A DNA stretch of 64,000 bases from Myxococcales bacterium (GTDB lineage Bacteria > Myxococcota_A > Polyangia > Polyangiales > Polyangiaceae), in contig JAYTOU010000024.1 in assembly GCA_043747615.1 (NCBI GenBank), forward strand, positions 32,001 through 96,000. The letters are read 5' to 3'. A program made the translations under genes and the position numbers. The notes below the pieces were generated by a model. The model saw only the letters and a program-made list of their open reading frames with translations, had not been told where the DNA came from and searched no databases. This document shows, piece by piece, positions 36,931-46,053 of the stretch (the first letter of the stretch is position 1; each line of letters opens with the position of its first letter).

Positions 36931-39335
36931 AGAAGCAGAGCTTGACGAAGACGAGCGGCGATGGCGCGAAGCGCTTCGAGAAGCTGGGCGCGGCCCTCGG
37001 CGTGCTCGTCACTGGTCACCCGTGGAAGACCGTCGCCGTCAGCGTCCTGTTCTTCCTCGTCTTTGCTCTTGGCCTTTTTCGCGCGAAGTTCTCAACGGAT
37101 TACCGGATTTTCTTCTCGAAGGAGGATCCCGGCCTCACGTCGTTCGAGAAGCTCGAGAGCGTCTTTACGAAAACCGACAACGTACTTTTCGTCGTGAAGG
37201 CCAAGGACGGAAGCGTGTTCCAGCCCGACGCGCTCGCGGCCATTCAGGAGCTCACCCTCGCCAGCTCCCGTTTGCCGTATGCCTCACGGGTCGACTCGCT
37301 CACGAACTTTCAACACGTGACCGCCACAGCGGACGACATCACCTCGGGGGACCTCGTCGCCAAACCCGGCCTGATGCTCGACGAGTCGGAGCTGGCGAAC
37401 ATTCGCGCGGTGGCCGCCGGCGAGCCGCTCGTCGTGGGGAGTCTCCTCAGCCGTGACTTCCGAACCGGCGCGGTCAACGTGACGCTCCGACTTCCCGCGA
37501 AGGACCCGGAGGAGGTCACCCAGGCCGCCGACGCCGCGCGCGTGCTCGTCGCTGAAGTGGGGGCGAAGTATCCGCGGGTCGAAATCCGCGCTTCGGGGAT
37601 GGCCTTCATGAACGACGCCTTCATGCAGACCTCGGTCAAGGATCTCGGGGTGATGATCCCGCTGATGGTCGCGGTGATGCTCATTGGGATGGTCCTCGTG
37701 ATGCGAAGCGCCGCGGCCACGGGAGCGGTCGCGAGCATCCTCACGCTCTCGGCGACGATGACCATCGCCGTTGCGGGCTGGCTACGCTATCCGCTCACGC
37801 CTCCAGCCATTGCTGCGCCGATGATCGTCCTCACCGTGGCCGTCGCAGACGGGGTGCACGTCGTCCTCGCGATGATGGAGGCGATGCACGCGGGCGCATC
37901 TCGCCGCGACGCAATCGCGAAGTCGCTCGAGACGAACCTCGAAGCCATCACGTACACGTGGATCACCACCATCGTGGGCTTCTTGTGTCTGAATTATTCG
38001 GAAGCCCCGCCGGTCCGTCATCTCGCGAACATGACCTGCGTCGGAGTCACCATGGCGTTCGTCTACTCGTTCACGCTTCTGCCCGCGCTTCTTTCGCTCC
38101 TGCCAATCCACGCGCGACAGGCTGCGCAGCCGCAGAGGATCGCCTTCATGGAGCGAATGGCCGACTTCGTCATTCGCCGTCGTAGGCTCGTCCTCATCGT
38201 CTCGGCGGTGGTGACTGCGGTGAGCGGCGTCTACGCCTCACGCCTGGAGACGAACGATCAGTTCGTTCGCTACTTCGACGAGTCGCTGCCGTTCCGCAAG
38301 GACGTCGAGTTCACGATGGCGAACCTCTCCGGAATCTACCGACTCGAGTACCAAGTAGCGAGCGCGGGCCCCTCCGGGATCGCCGATCCGGTGTACCTCG
38401 AGAACCTCGACGCTTTTGCGGTGTGGCTGCGCGCGCAACCCGAAGTGGAGCACGTCTACAGCATCGCGGACGTTCTCAAGCGGGTGAACCAGGTCATGCA
38501 CGACGATGATCGGGCTTTTTACCGAGCGCCGGAGTCGCGCGAAGCCGCAGCACAGGAGCTGCTCCTGTACGAGATGGGTCTCCCCTCGGGGCAAGATCTG
38601 ACCGATCGGATCAACGTCGACAAATCTGCGGCGCGGCTGACCGTCACCGTGCGCGACATGTCCACCCGGCAGATGACGGAGTTTACCGCGCGTGCGGAGA
38701 CCTGGATGCGCGATCACACGCCGCGCTTCATGTGGACCTCTGCCACCGGGCCCGTCGTCATCTTCTCCCAGCTCAGCGATCGCAACGCGCGCAGCATGGT
38801 GCAAGGGGATTTCGTCTCACTCGCGCTCATCTCGCTCTGCATGATCGTCGTTCTGCGTAGCCTTAAGCTCGGGCTCCTCAGCATCATCCCGAACGTCATT
38901 CCGATCGTCATCGGGTATGGGCTTTGGAAACTCTTCGTCGGTCAGATGAACATCGTCGCCTCCGTCGCCGGAAGCATCAGCCTCGGGATCATCGTCGACG
39001 ACACCATTCACTTTCTCACCAAGTATCAGGCGCTTCTCCGCACCAAGCGCATCACGCCCGAGGACGCCATGCGTCAGACTCTCGCGCACATCGGACCCGC
39101 GATGCTCGGAACGAGCGCGATCCTCGTCCTCGGCTTCGGTGTGCTCACCTTCTCGTCCTTCCAGATGACGAGCTACCTCGGGTGGCTCAGCGTGATCATC
39201 GTGAGCGTCGCTCCGATGGCGGACTTGGTCCTCGCGCCCGCACTCATCATCACCCTCACCAAAGAACGTGCGCCCGAAGCTGTGGGCGACTCGGAATCGA
39301 TCGAACTTCAATCCATGCAAACGGGTGCGTCATGA
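36927..39335 (+). CDS. MMPL/RND family transporter
   Basis: Two repeats with multiple TM segments; VAVADGVH and GIIVDDTIHF motifs; ATGA overlap. Confidence 0.92.
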   Translation: MKKQSLTKTSGDGAKRFEKLGAALGVLVTGHPWKTVAVSVLFFLVFALGLFRAKFSTDYRIFFSKEDPGLTSFEKLESVFTKTDNVLFVVKAKDGSVFQPDALAAIQELTLASSRLPYASRVDSLTNFQHVTATADDITSGDLVAKPGLMLDESELANIRAVAAGEPLVVGSLLSRDFRTGAVNVTLRLPAKDPEEVTQAADAARVLVAEVGAKYPRVEIRASGMAFMNDAFMQTSVKDLGVMIPLMVAVMLIGMVLVMRSAAATGAVASILTLSATMTIAVAGWLRYPLTPPAIAAPMIVLTVAVADGVHVVLAMMEAMHAGASRRDAIAKSLETNLEAITYTWITTIVGFLCLNYSEAPPVRHLANMTCVGVTMAFVYSFTLLPALLSLLPIHARQAAQPQRIAFMERMADFVIRRRRLVLIVSAVVTAVSGVYASRLETNDQFVRYFDESLPFRKDVEFTMANLSGIYRLEYQVASAGPSGIADPVYLENLDAFAVWLRAQPEVEHVYSIADVLKRVNQVMHDDDRAFYRAPESREAAAQELLLYEMGLPSGQDLTDRINVDKSAARLTVTVRDMSTRQMTEFTARAETWMRDHTPRFMWTSATGPVVIFSQLSDRNARSMVQGDFVSLALISLCMIVVLRSLKLGLLSIIPNVIPIVIGYGLWKLFVGQMNIVASVAGSISLGIIVDDTIHFLTKYQALLRTKRITPEDAMRQTLAHIGPAMLGTSAILVLGFGVLTFSSFQMTSYLGWLSVIIVSVAPMADLVLAPALIITLTKERAPEAVGDSESIELQSMQTGAS

Positions 39336-40141
39336 AACTAGCGAATTTACTCTTCGGATGTGTGCTTCTCACGGCGAACGTCGCAGACGCGAAGACGGCA
39401 GAGGAGCTCTCGAGCCGAGGTACCGCGGAGGAGAAGGGGCAGGCCATCGCCATGGAAGTCGGCGCGCGCAACTCGGGCTACCACGACCTCGGAGGCGAGG
39501 TGGAGATGGTGCTCCGCGACGCGGGGGGCGGAGAGGCCAAGCGCCGCTTCACGATCAAGGTCCTCGAGAAACCCGACCCTGCCGCGGGCGACTACTCGCT
39601 CATCGTTTTCGACACTCCGGCGGACGTAAAGGGGACGGCGGTGCTCTCCCACGCCAAGCCCGGGAGCGAGGACGATCAGTGGCTCTACCTTCCGTCGGCC
39701 CATCGCGTGAAGAGGATCTCGTCGTCGAATCGCACGGGATCGTTCGTCGGAAGCGAGTTCTCGTTCGAGGATCTCACGGGAAATGACGGGCGAAAGTACG
39801 ACTGGAAGCTGCTCGGCACGCAGCCCTGCGCTTCGGGTCAGTGCTTCACGGTCGAGGCCGCTCTGAAGGATCCTGCCTCGGCGTATTCGAAGCGAGTGCT
39901 CACGATCGACACGACGGAGCTCCGTGTGCAGACGATCGATTTTTACGATCGCAAGAGCGCGCGCGTGAAGACCCTCACCTACGACAACTACAAGAAGCTG
40001 AAGAACAAGTTCTGGCGCGCGCACACCTGGACGATGAAGAACCACGTCTCCGGCAAGAGCACGGTCGTCAACTTCACCTCGATGCGTCTCGAGAACGGCT
40101 ACACCGTCAACGACTTTGCGACGGCGAAGCTCGGCGATTGA
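39332..40141 (+). CDS. Outer-membrane lipoprotein-sorting (LolA-like) protein
   Basis: PADVKGTAVL, DDQWLYLPS..RVKRI, GSFVGSEFSFEDL; signal peptide. Confidence 0.88.
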   Translation: MKLANLLFGCVLLTANVADAKTAEELSSRGTAEEKGQAIAMEVGARNSGYHDLGGEVEMVLRDAGGGEAKRRFTIKVLEKPDPAAGDYSLIVFDTPADVKGTAVLSHAKPGSEDDQWLYLPSAHRVKRISSSNRTGSFVGSEFSFEDLTGNDGRKYDWKLLGTQPCASGQCFTVEAALKDPASAYSKRVLTIDTTELRVQTIDFYDRKSARVKTLTYDNYKKLKNKFWRAHTWTMKNHVSGKSTVVNFTSMRLENGYTVNDFATAKLGD

Positions 40142-40166
40142 CGCATCTTCGTCTCGCCATGCCGCC

Positions 40167-41357
40167 ATGCTTCTTCGCGCCGTCGCTCCGTTCCTCGGGC
40201 TCGTGCTCCTTCAGGGGTGCGCGTCCTCCTCCGTGCAGACCACGGGCTACGTCGCGGCGGACGGGCGCGCTTTCTGGCACAGGCCCAAGTACGTCGGGCA
40301 GGAGCAGGGCACCGGAGTGTCGCTGGTGGCCGAGCCGGAGGTCGATCTAAAGACGGAGAGCAAGACCCATTCGATCGCGATTCGCCCTTTCTACAGGCTC
40401 GATCCGAACGACGAGAAGCGCTCGCACGCGGACGTCCGGCAGGCGAGCTACAAGCTGTCTCTCGAGCACTTCGAGCTCAGCGCCGGCGCGGGGATCTTCA
40501 CGTGGGGGGTGCTCGAGTCCTACCGACCCACCGACATCCTCAACCAGACCGACTTTGTCGAGAACGTCGACGGCACGGCGAAGCTCGGTCAGCCGTACGC
40601 AAGCGTCGGCTGGATCGGCGAGTCCGCGTCACTTCGTCTCTACTACCTGCCCTACTTTCGCGAGCGCACCTTTCAAGGCGTACGCGGGCGCCTTCGCTTT
40701 CCCACGGTGATCGACACCGACGATCCGCTCTTCGGATCGCGTTTCAAGCAATGGCAGCCGAGCGGAGCCGCGCGCTTCACGTTGAACGTAGGCGACTTTG
40801 ATTTCGGAGCCGGTCTCTTTACCGGTCTGTCGCGCGAGCCTCGCTTCGTCGCCGAGCTCACCAGCGGTCAGCTCGTTCCCCAGTACGATCTCATCCACCA
40901 GGGATCGGTCGACGCCCAGTGGACCGTCGGCCCCTTCGTGCTCAAGGCCGAAGGCTTCGTCCGCCTCTGGTCGCCGAAGCTCCGGGCGTTTGGGGGCGGA
41001 GGAGCCGGTGTAGACTACACACTTTTCAAGATTGTGGGAGACGCCGACCTCAGCTTTGCGGGCGAGTATCTCTTCGACACCCGCCCCTTCGACGCGCCGC
41101 CGACGTTCTTCAACCACGATGGATTCTTCGGCCTCCGCCTGGCCATGAACGATCCGTCGAGCACCGAAATTCTTGCCGGTGCGATCGCCGACGTCGTCGA
41201 CGGATCGACCTTCGCGCGGGTGGGCGGGAGCCGCAGATTTGGAGAGCACTGGAAGGCGTTCCTGGGGGCCAACGTATTTCTTGGGCCGAGTGGAAAGCTG
41301 GAGAGCTCGTTCCTCAAGGACAACTACGCACAGTGTCGCGTCGCCTACTTTTTCTGA
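40167..41357 (+). CDS. Putative outer-membrane beta-barrel protein
   Basis: WG..DILNQTD, YYLPYFRERTF, amphipathic strands, C-terminal VAYFF. Confidence 0.75.
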   Translation: MLLRAVAPFLGLVLLQGCASSSVQTTGYVAADGRAFWHRPKYVGQEQGTGVSLVAEPEVDLKTESKTHSIAIRPFYRLDPNDEKRSHADVRQASYKLSLEHFELSAGAGIFTWGVLESYRPTDILNQTDFVENVDGTAKLGQPYASVGWIGESASLRLYYLPYFRERTFQGVRGRLRFPTVIDTDDPLFGSRFKQWQPSGAARFTLNVGDFDFGAGLFTGLSREPRFVAELTSGQLVPQYDLIHQGSVDAQWTVGPFVLKAEGFVRLWSPKLRAFGGGGAGVDYTLFKIVGDADLSFAGEYLFDTRPFDAPPTFFNHDGFFGLRLAMNDPSSTEILAGAIADVVDGSTFARVGGSRRFGEHWKAFLGANVFLGPSGKLESSFLKDNYAQCRVAYFF

Positions 41358-41361
41358 TCGC

Positions 41362-41463
41362 GCCGCGACGGAGATTTTCGCGGTCGGCGCGGGTGGGACG
41401 ATCCTCCGACGTACAGAGAGCGGGTGGGTCTCCGAGGCGAGCGGCACGACGGAGACGCTGCGA
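41362..41463 (+). pseudogene. Isolated beta-propeller (YCF48/WD40-like) repeat remnant
   Basis: EIFAVGAGGTILRRTESGWVSEASGTTETLR with no start codon or continuation. Confidence 0.55.
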
Positions 41464-41530
41464 TACCCGGGCTGCCGAGGGGCTGCCGCATCCGCTCGTC
41501 GAGGATGCGCTGATCGCATAAAGCTTGGAC

Positions 41531-41558
41531 TTGACTATGTAGGATACTTAGCTACATA
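41531..41558 (+). promoter_or_regulatory. Putative -35 element with an overlapping inverted repeat
   Basis: TTGACT at 41531; TATGTAG-N9-CTACATA at 41536-41558. Confidence 0.45.
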
Positions 41559-41563
41559 CGCGC

Positions 41564-42574
41564 ATGTCGCTCTTCCGAAAGGCTCTTTTTCCAATGCGTT
41601 CTTCCGTCTTCGCCCTTGGTTTCGCCGTTGCCTTTCTCTCTGCATGCGCCGCCCACGTCGAGACGCAGGCAGACGACACGACCGAGGACGCGCTCTCGAG
41701 CAACCGCAACAGCGGATACTTCGTCGTCACCCAACGTGACGCCCGCCGGTGCGTCTCGCCGATCTGCGGCGGCTACTACGTCAAGCGCGTGAACGCGACG
41801 AAGACCTCGTGCGCGGACGGCGTTGCCCGCACCGAGTGTTACGTCTCGGAGATCAACCTAGACGCCCTCGCGCTGAGCAGCACCGGGCTCGATGCCTTCA
41901 ACACCAAGCTCACGTCCGGCGGCGCGCTCGTCCGCGCATCCATCCAGAAGTTCGTCTTTGGGAGCAGCCAACTCGGCAAGCTCGTGGCGACCGAAGGCTG
42001 GGCTGGCGCAACGGGATCGCCGTCCACGGGGGCCTTCTATCGCGTGGCCGACAACGGCATCCGCTGCATCCGCGCACCGTGCCCGTCGACGACGGCCGGC
42101 AAGCTCAACTCCATCAGCACGCAGAGCGTAGTGGGCGTCGACTTCACTTCGACTGCCGTCGCGGCCAGCACGACCGCGCTCGATGCGGCGTCCGTGGCGC
42201 TCGGCACTCACGAAGGCGTGCTCGTCTCGGGCAACCCGGCCTCGGCGCGCTGCGCATCAGGCAGCACGAGCTGCGACACCACGATGGTCACGAACGAATT
42301 CTTCCTTCGTATTACGCACTCCACCGACACGCTCGGTCAATCGTGCGGCGGACGTGGACAGCAGGCCTGCGCCACCGGGCAGTTCTGCTCCTGGGACCTC
42401 GCGGGCATTTGCGGAGCGGCGGACGCACCCGGTCACTGCGCCGCTCGCCCCCACATCTGCTTGGAGGTTTACAACCCGGTCTGCAGCTGCGACGGCCACA
42501 CCTACTCGAATTCGTGCTTCGCCGCCGCCGCTGGGGCGTCCGTCGCGTCGACTGGTGCCTGCGCGCCGCACTGA
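41564..42574 (+). CDS. Lipoprotein with DUF6748-like and C-terminal Kazal domains
   Basis: LSAC lipobox; DARRCVSPICGGY, DNGIRCIRAPCP; CLEVYNPVCSCDGHTYSNSC. Confidence 0.8.
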   Translation: MSLFRKALFPMRSSVFALGFAVAFLSACAAHVETQADDTTEDALSSNRNSGYFVVTQRDARRCVSPICGGYYVKRVNATKTSCADGVARTECYVSEINLDALALSSTGLDAFNTKLTSGGALVRASIQKFVFGSSQLGKLVATEGWAGATGSPSTGAFYRVADNGIRCIRAPCPSTTAGKLNSISTQSVVGVDFTSTAVAASTTALDAASVALGTHEGVLVSGNPASARCASGSTSCDTTMVTNEFFLRITHSTDTLGQSCGGRGQQACATGQFCSWDLAGICGAADAPGHCAARPHICLEVYNPVCSCDGHTYSNSCFAAAAGASVASTGACAPH

Positions 42575-42758
42575 TCCGGGGCGTCGAGCATTGGCCATCG
42601 AGCCTTCTTCGCACCCGTCTTCGCACCCGTCTTCGGCTTACGTTTCGCGACGCGCTTCTTGGTCGTCGTCTTCGGCCTCGTCTTTTTCGCGGCCTTCTTC
42701 GCACAAACCTTGGGAAGAAAATCGAGGTTTTTTGCCAGTGCGCGTGGGTCTTCCGTCG

Positions 42759-43520
42759 CTACGGGTCCGAGCACTTCACTTTTCCGTTGCGTCCGGGCTC
42801 CGCGCAAACGTGAGAAGCGCACTGCATGGCTTCGCACGAACCGCAGAGTGAAGGGCAGTCCTGCCCCACGCACCACGAGCTGCCGCAGCAGATCCCGTTG
42901 CCGGGGTCTACGTCGGCCGGACACGACGTCGGGGCGGAGTCGATCTGAAGCCCCGCGTCGAAGGGCGCGCCAGCATCGGCTGCGCTCGAATCGGGCGCTT
43001 GGGAACCTGCGTCTTCGCGTGCGGCGCCGGCGTCTCCGCACTCGGACGGGGATGCACACGGGGCGGCTGACGAGACGCAGCGCCCATCGGCGCATGTTTC
43101 GTTCGATGCGCAGGTCACGCTCAAGCAGGCGGCTCGCATCACCACGGGCACGTCGATGAGCTCGTGCGGCGTGTAACGAAGCAGCCGGCGCGCGACCATG
43201 CAGTCACTCGGGTCGGATCCGCAGGTGCGGGGGTCCTTTCCGGCGAGCGCCGTCGTCACCTCGATGACAAGCGCGGCACTCTCGTCGCCGCTCGGGACCA
43301 AGACCAGTGATCCAATCTTGCCTGCGGAATCGCAGCGGGTGGTGACGGCGACGGGGGCTCGTGATTGGAAGTCCGACGGTGTGCCCGCGGTGAACGCGGT
43401 TGTGACCGTCTTCTTGCTCTCGCAAGGAATGTCCGTGCTCACCTCGAGCATCACTCCCGTCGCTCCCCGGCACCCGCTCACGAGGAGAAGAAGCGCAAGG
43501 ACGGTTCCCGATCGCGCCAT
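42759..43520 (-). CDS. Myxobacterial Cys-rich lipoprotein
   Basis: VSGC lipobox; EVSTDIPC, IGSLVLVP, CMVARR..YTPH, Cys-rich tail. Confidence 0.75.
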   Translation of the reverse strand: MARSGTVLALLLLVSGCRGATGVMLEVSTDIPCESKKTVTTAFTAGTPSDFQSRAPVAVTTRCDSAGKIGSLVLVPSGDESAALVIEVTTALAGKDPRTCGSDPSDCMVARRLLRYTPHELIDVPVVMRAACLSVTCASNETCADGRCVSSAAPCASPSECGDAGAAREDAGSQAPDSSAADAGAPFDAGLQIDSAPTSCPADVDPGNGICCGSSWCVGQDCPSLCGSCEAMQCASHVCAEPGRNGKVKCSDP

Positions 43521-43531
43521 GACCGCCGGTG

Positions 43532-43547
43532 TGCACTCCTTATGCCA
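43532..43547 (-). promoter_or_regulatory. Possible sigma54 -24/-12 promoter
   Basis: TGGCATAAGGAGTGCA (GG-N10-GC) ends 11 nt upstream of the ATG at 43520. Confidence 0.35.
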
Positions 43548-43914
43548 GCAACCATGCCCCCGGTAATCAGCGCGAATGCCTTCAGATGATTTTCGCAGAG
43601 GACGAGGGGCTCACCGTGTGTGGAAGCCGGACCGCCCCGAGTCGCCAAACCGCCACATACGACCACGAGAAAACCGAAGCGAATCCGAGATGCGTGACGC
43701 CTTGGCGCGGCCGTTGCTGACGGTCGCCGCAACGGTTGGAACAACGGGAACATCGCCAAAAGTCCACGTGCCTCGGTGACGCCGAGTGCGGTGTCGGGCA
43801 GCTTTGCAAAAAGGAGTCTGGCGCAGTGTCGGGTACGTGCGCCAAGCCGTGAGGCAGGCCCGGGTCGATTGACCTAGCGTCGATTGACCTCGCGGAAGGC
43901 GCGCACCCGCACGA

Positions 43915-44424
43915 TCAAAGACACATCGGCAACGTGCGCGTCATGGTTACCGTGCACGTGTTGCCCCCAGCCGAGGGACACGCCAGGGTCAACGTCGCGG
44001 GGAGCGCCCACGTGGCAACGCATTCGGCGTGGTGAATATCGCCGACGACGAGGACGCCGGTCCGGAAGCTGCCGTCGGCCTGCGCTTCGAGTTTGCCGTT
44101 GACCCCCGTGCCCGGAGAGGTGAACTGGAGCGCGCAGTTGCCATTGACGCTGGTCGTGGTGGAGATGCACTCCTTTGCACTCTTGTCGAAGCCCCCGCAG
44201 TCGCCCGTGTCGTTCATCGAGTACGCGCCAGCGATGAGCGGCGGACACATGACTCCCGTTGCGGTGTCGCCCTTCGCGCCGTCGCCACCCGCGGCCGCGT
44301 CGGGCGCGCCCGGCGCTGCGTCGTCGACGAACTGGTACGACTTTCCGAGACCGGTGACAGCTGTGCAAGCCAGCGCGGGAACGAGGAAACCAACCACGAT
44401 CGCCGAGCGCCTCCGATTTGCCAT
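43915..44424 (-). CDS. Hypothetical lipoprotein
   Basis: ALAC lipobox, Cys-rich; TACAAT just upstream. Confidence 0.65.
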   Translation of the reverse strand: MANRRRSAIVVGFLVPALACTAVTGLGKSYQFVDDAAPGAPDAAAGGDGAKGDTATGVMCPPLIAGAYSMNDTGDCGGFDKSAKECISTTTSVNGNCALQFTSPGTGVNGKLEAQADGSFRTGVLVVGDIHHAECVATWALPATLTLACPSAGGNTCTVTMTRTLPMCL

Positions 44425-44622
44425 ACCTCATTGTAGCCGAAAGGCCGCGCGATGTTGATGACGCGGCACCTTCTGCGGAAGGTGGACGCTCGTTGCACTA
44501 TGCATCCTTGGCGCATCGCTCTACCAAGGGAGTCGCCGAGGTTCTTGCGTACGGAACGGCCGTTCGTCTCGAGCGCTAGGCCGAGTCATGGTCACCGCGC
44601 GACGCGGTCTCCCGGAGCCTGG

Positions 44623-45111
44623 CTAGACTTCCCGAATGGCCACGACTTTCGCGCGCACGCGCACTTCGGGCTCCACGCGGAGGAAGAAGATTTTCGGCGG
44701 ATTCAGGCCGAAATCGCGCATGTCGAGCGTCAGCTCGCCCTCCACCTCGAGTGTCTCGTCGTCGAGCACGCGCACCGTGACGCGACCCTCGACGGCCTGG
44801 GTCACTCCGTGAAAAGCGAGCTCGCCCTTCACGCGTCCAGACGTCACTTCGAGCACCTCGCCGGCGACGCGCGGATACTTGTCGAGCTCGAGCCGCCGCG
44901 CGAGCTCCGTATCGAGGAGACCGTTGCCCGATTTCAGCCGTTCGGCCGCGAGCTCGATCCGTGCAGGCGCGGCGAGGGTCGCTTGCCCATTTTCCACGTG
45001 CGCCGAGAGGTAGCCCTCGAATCCCGTCGTCTCGACACGGATCGGATGGACACTCGAGCGCGCTTCCGCCCACAGCGTGGAGCGCGACGGTACGACTCGG
45101 TATCGCAACAC
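44623..45111 (-). CDS. YceI-family (polyisoprenoid-binding) protein
   Basis: LKSGNGLLD, KYP, GELAFHGVT, DFGLNPP. Confidence 0.8.
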   Translation of the reverse strand: MLRYRVVPSRSTLWAEARSSVHPIRVETTGFEGYLSAHVENGQATLAAPARIELAAERLKSGNGLLDTELARRLELDKYPRVAGEVLEVTSGRVKGELAFHGVTQAVEGRVTVRVLDDETLEVEGELTLDMRDFGLNPPKIFFLRVEPEVRVRAKVVAIREV

Positions 45112-45129
45112 AGGAGCGAGTAGACCACG

Positions 45130-46026
45130 TTAGAAGAGACATAGTCGCAAGACTGCGTAGACACCGAACGCGCCTCCCGCGGCGATCTGAAAACGCGACA
45201 CCCGCCGATACACCGCCCGCGCCTCTCCGGGCTCACACACCCAGGCCGCGCCGACGGTCATCGGGAGCGCCGCGCCGGCGAGCAGGAGCGCGTCCCAAGG
45301 CCGGCCTGCAAAATGCGCAGAAAGACCTGCGAACGCCGCTCCGATCAGCGACAGGAGCACGGAGGCGGCGCACGTCCCTCGACGGCCGAGCGCGATGGCA
45401 ACTGTGCGATCCCCTCGTGCATGATCATCCACGGTCTGGAAAAGTTGAGTGAGTGGGTAGAGCGCGCCGACGAGCGCCGAGGCGGCTACGAGCCCGCAGA
45501 CAATCTCCGGCGTGAGGTGCGCGTTACCGCCGGCGACCACCCCCGCCGCGGTTCCAAGCGCTCCTTGGCCGCCCATCACGACGAGCCAACTGAGCCACGG
45601 ATTGCCCTTCCATCGCGGCGTGGGGTGCGAATAGAGGATGCCGAGAATGACACACGCCAGACAGGCGACGAAGAACTCCGCCCCCACCCACGCAGCGACC
45701 GTGAGACCGAAGGCCTGCAAAACGAGGCTTCCCGGAAGCAGCCATGGCCCGACCGGCGGCGGATGCTCGAGACCCCCTACCGGGCCTTCATCGCGATCGT
45801 AGTGCGAGTTGTACGCCGTCGTTCCGCCATACAAGCAGACGTGCATCACGACGAAGCCCGCCACGAAGCGTGCGGAGATCGGTGTACGCGCGAGAGCCGC
45901 GCCCCACAGCATGAACGGCGCCAGCAGGAGCTGAAACGGCAACCGCAAATGCACGACGAAATTATGGGCGTCGCGCACCACGTTGCGCTCACCAAGGCGG
46001 AAGTCAGCGGCTCCTCGTTCGGTCAT
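45130..46026 (-). CDS. UbiA-family prenyltransferase
   Basis: NSHYDRDEGP, LYSHP..RWK, QLFQTVDD..GDRT; multiple TM segments. Confidence 0.8.
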   Translation of the reverse strand: MTERGAADFRLGERNVVRDAHNFVVHLRLPFQLLLAPFMLWGAALARTPISARFVAGFVVMHVCLYGGTTAYNSHYDRDEGPVGGLEHPPPVGPWLLPGSLVLQAFGLTVAAWVGAEFFVACLACVILGILYSHPTPRWKGNPWLSWLVVMGGQGALGTAAGVVAGGNAHLTPEIVCGLVAASALVGALYPLTQLFQTVDDHARGDRTVAIALGRRGTCAASVLLSLIGAAFAGLSAHFAGRPWDALLLAGAALPMTVGAAWVCEPGEARAVYRRVSRFQIAAGGAFGVYAVLRLCLF

Positions 46027-46053
46027 TGGCTGTCGTTCGCGTACACGCCGAGG

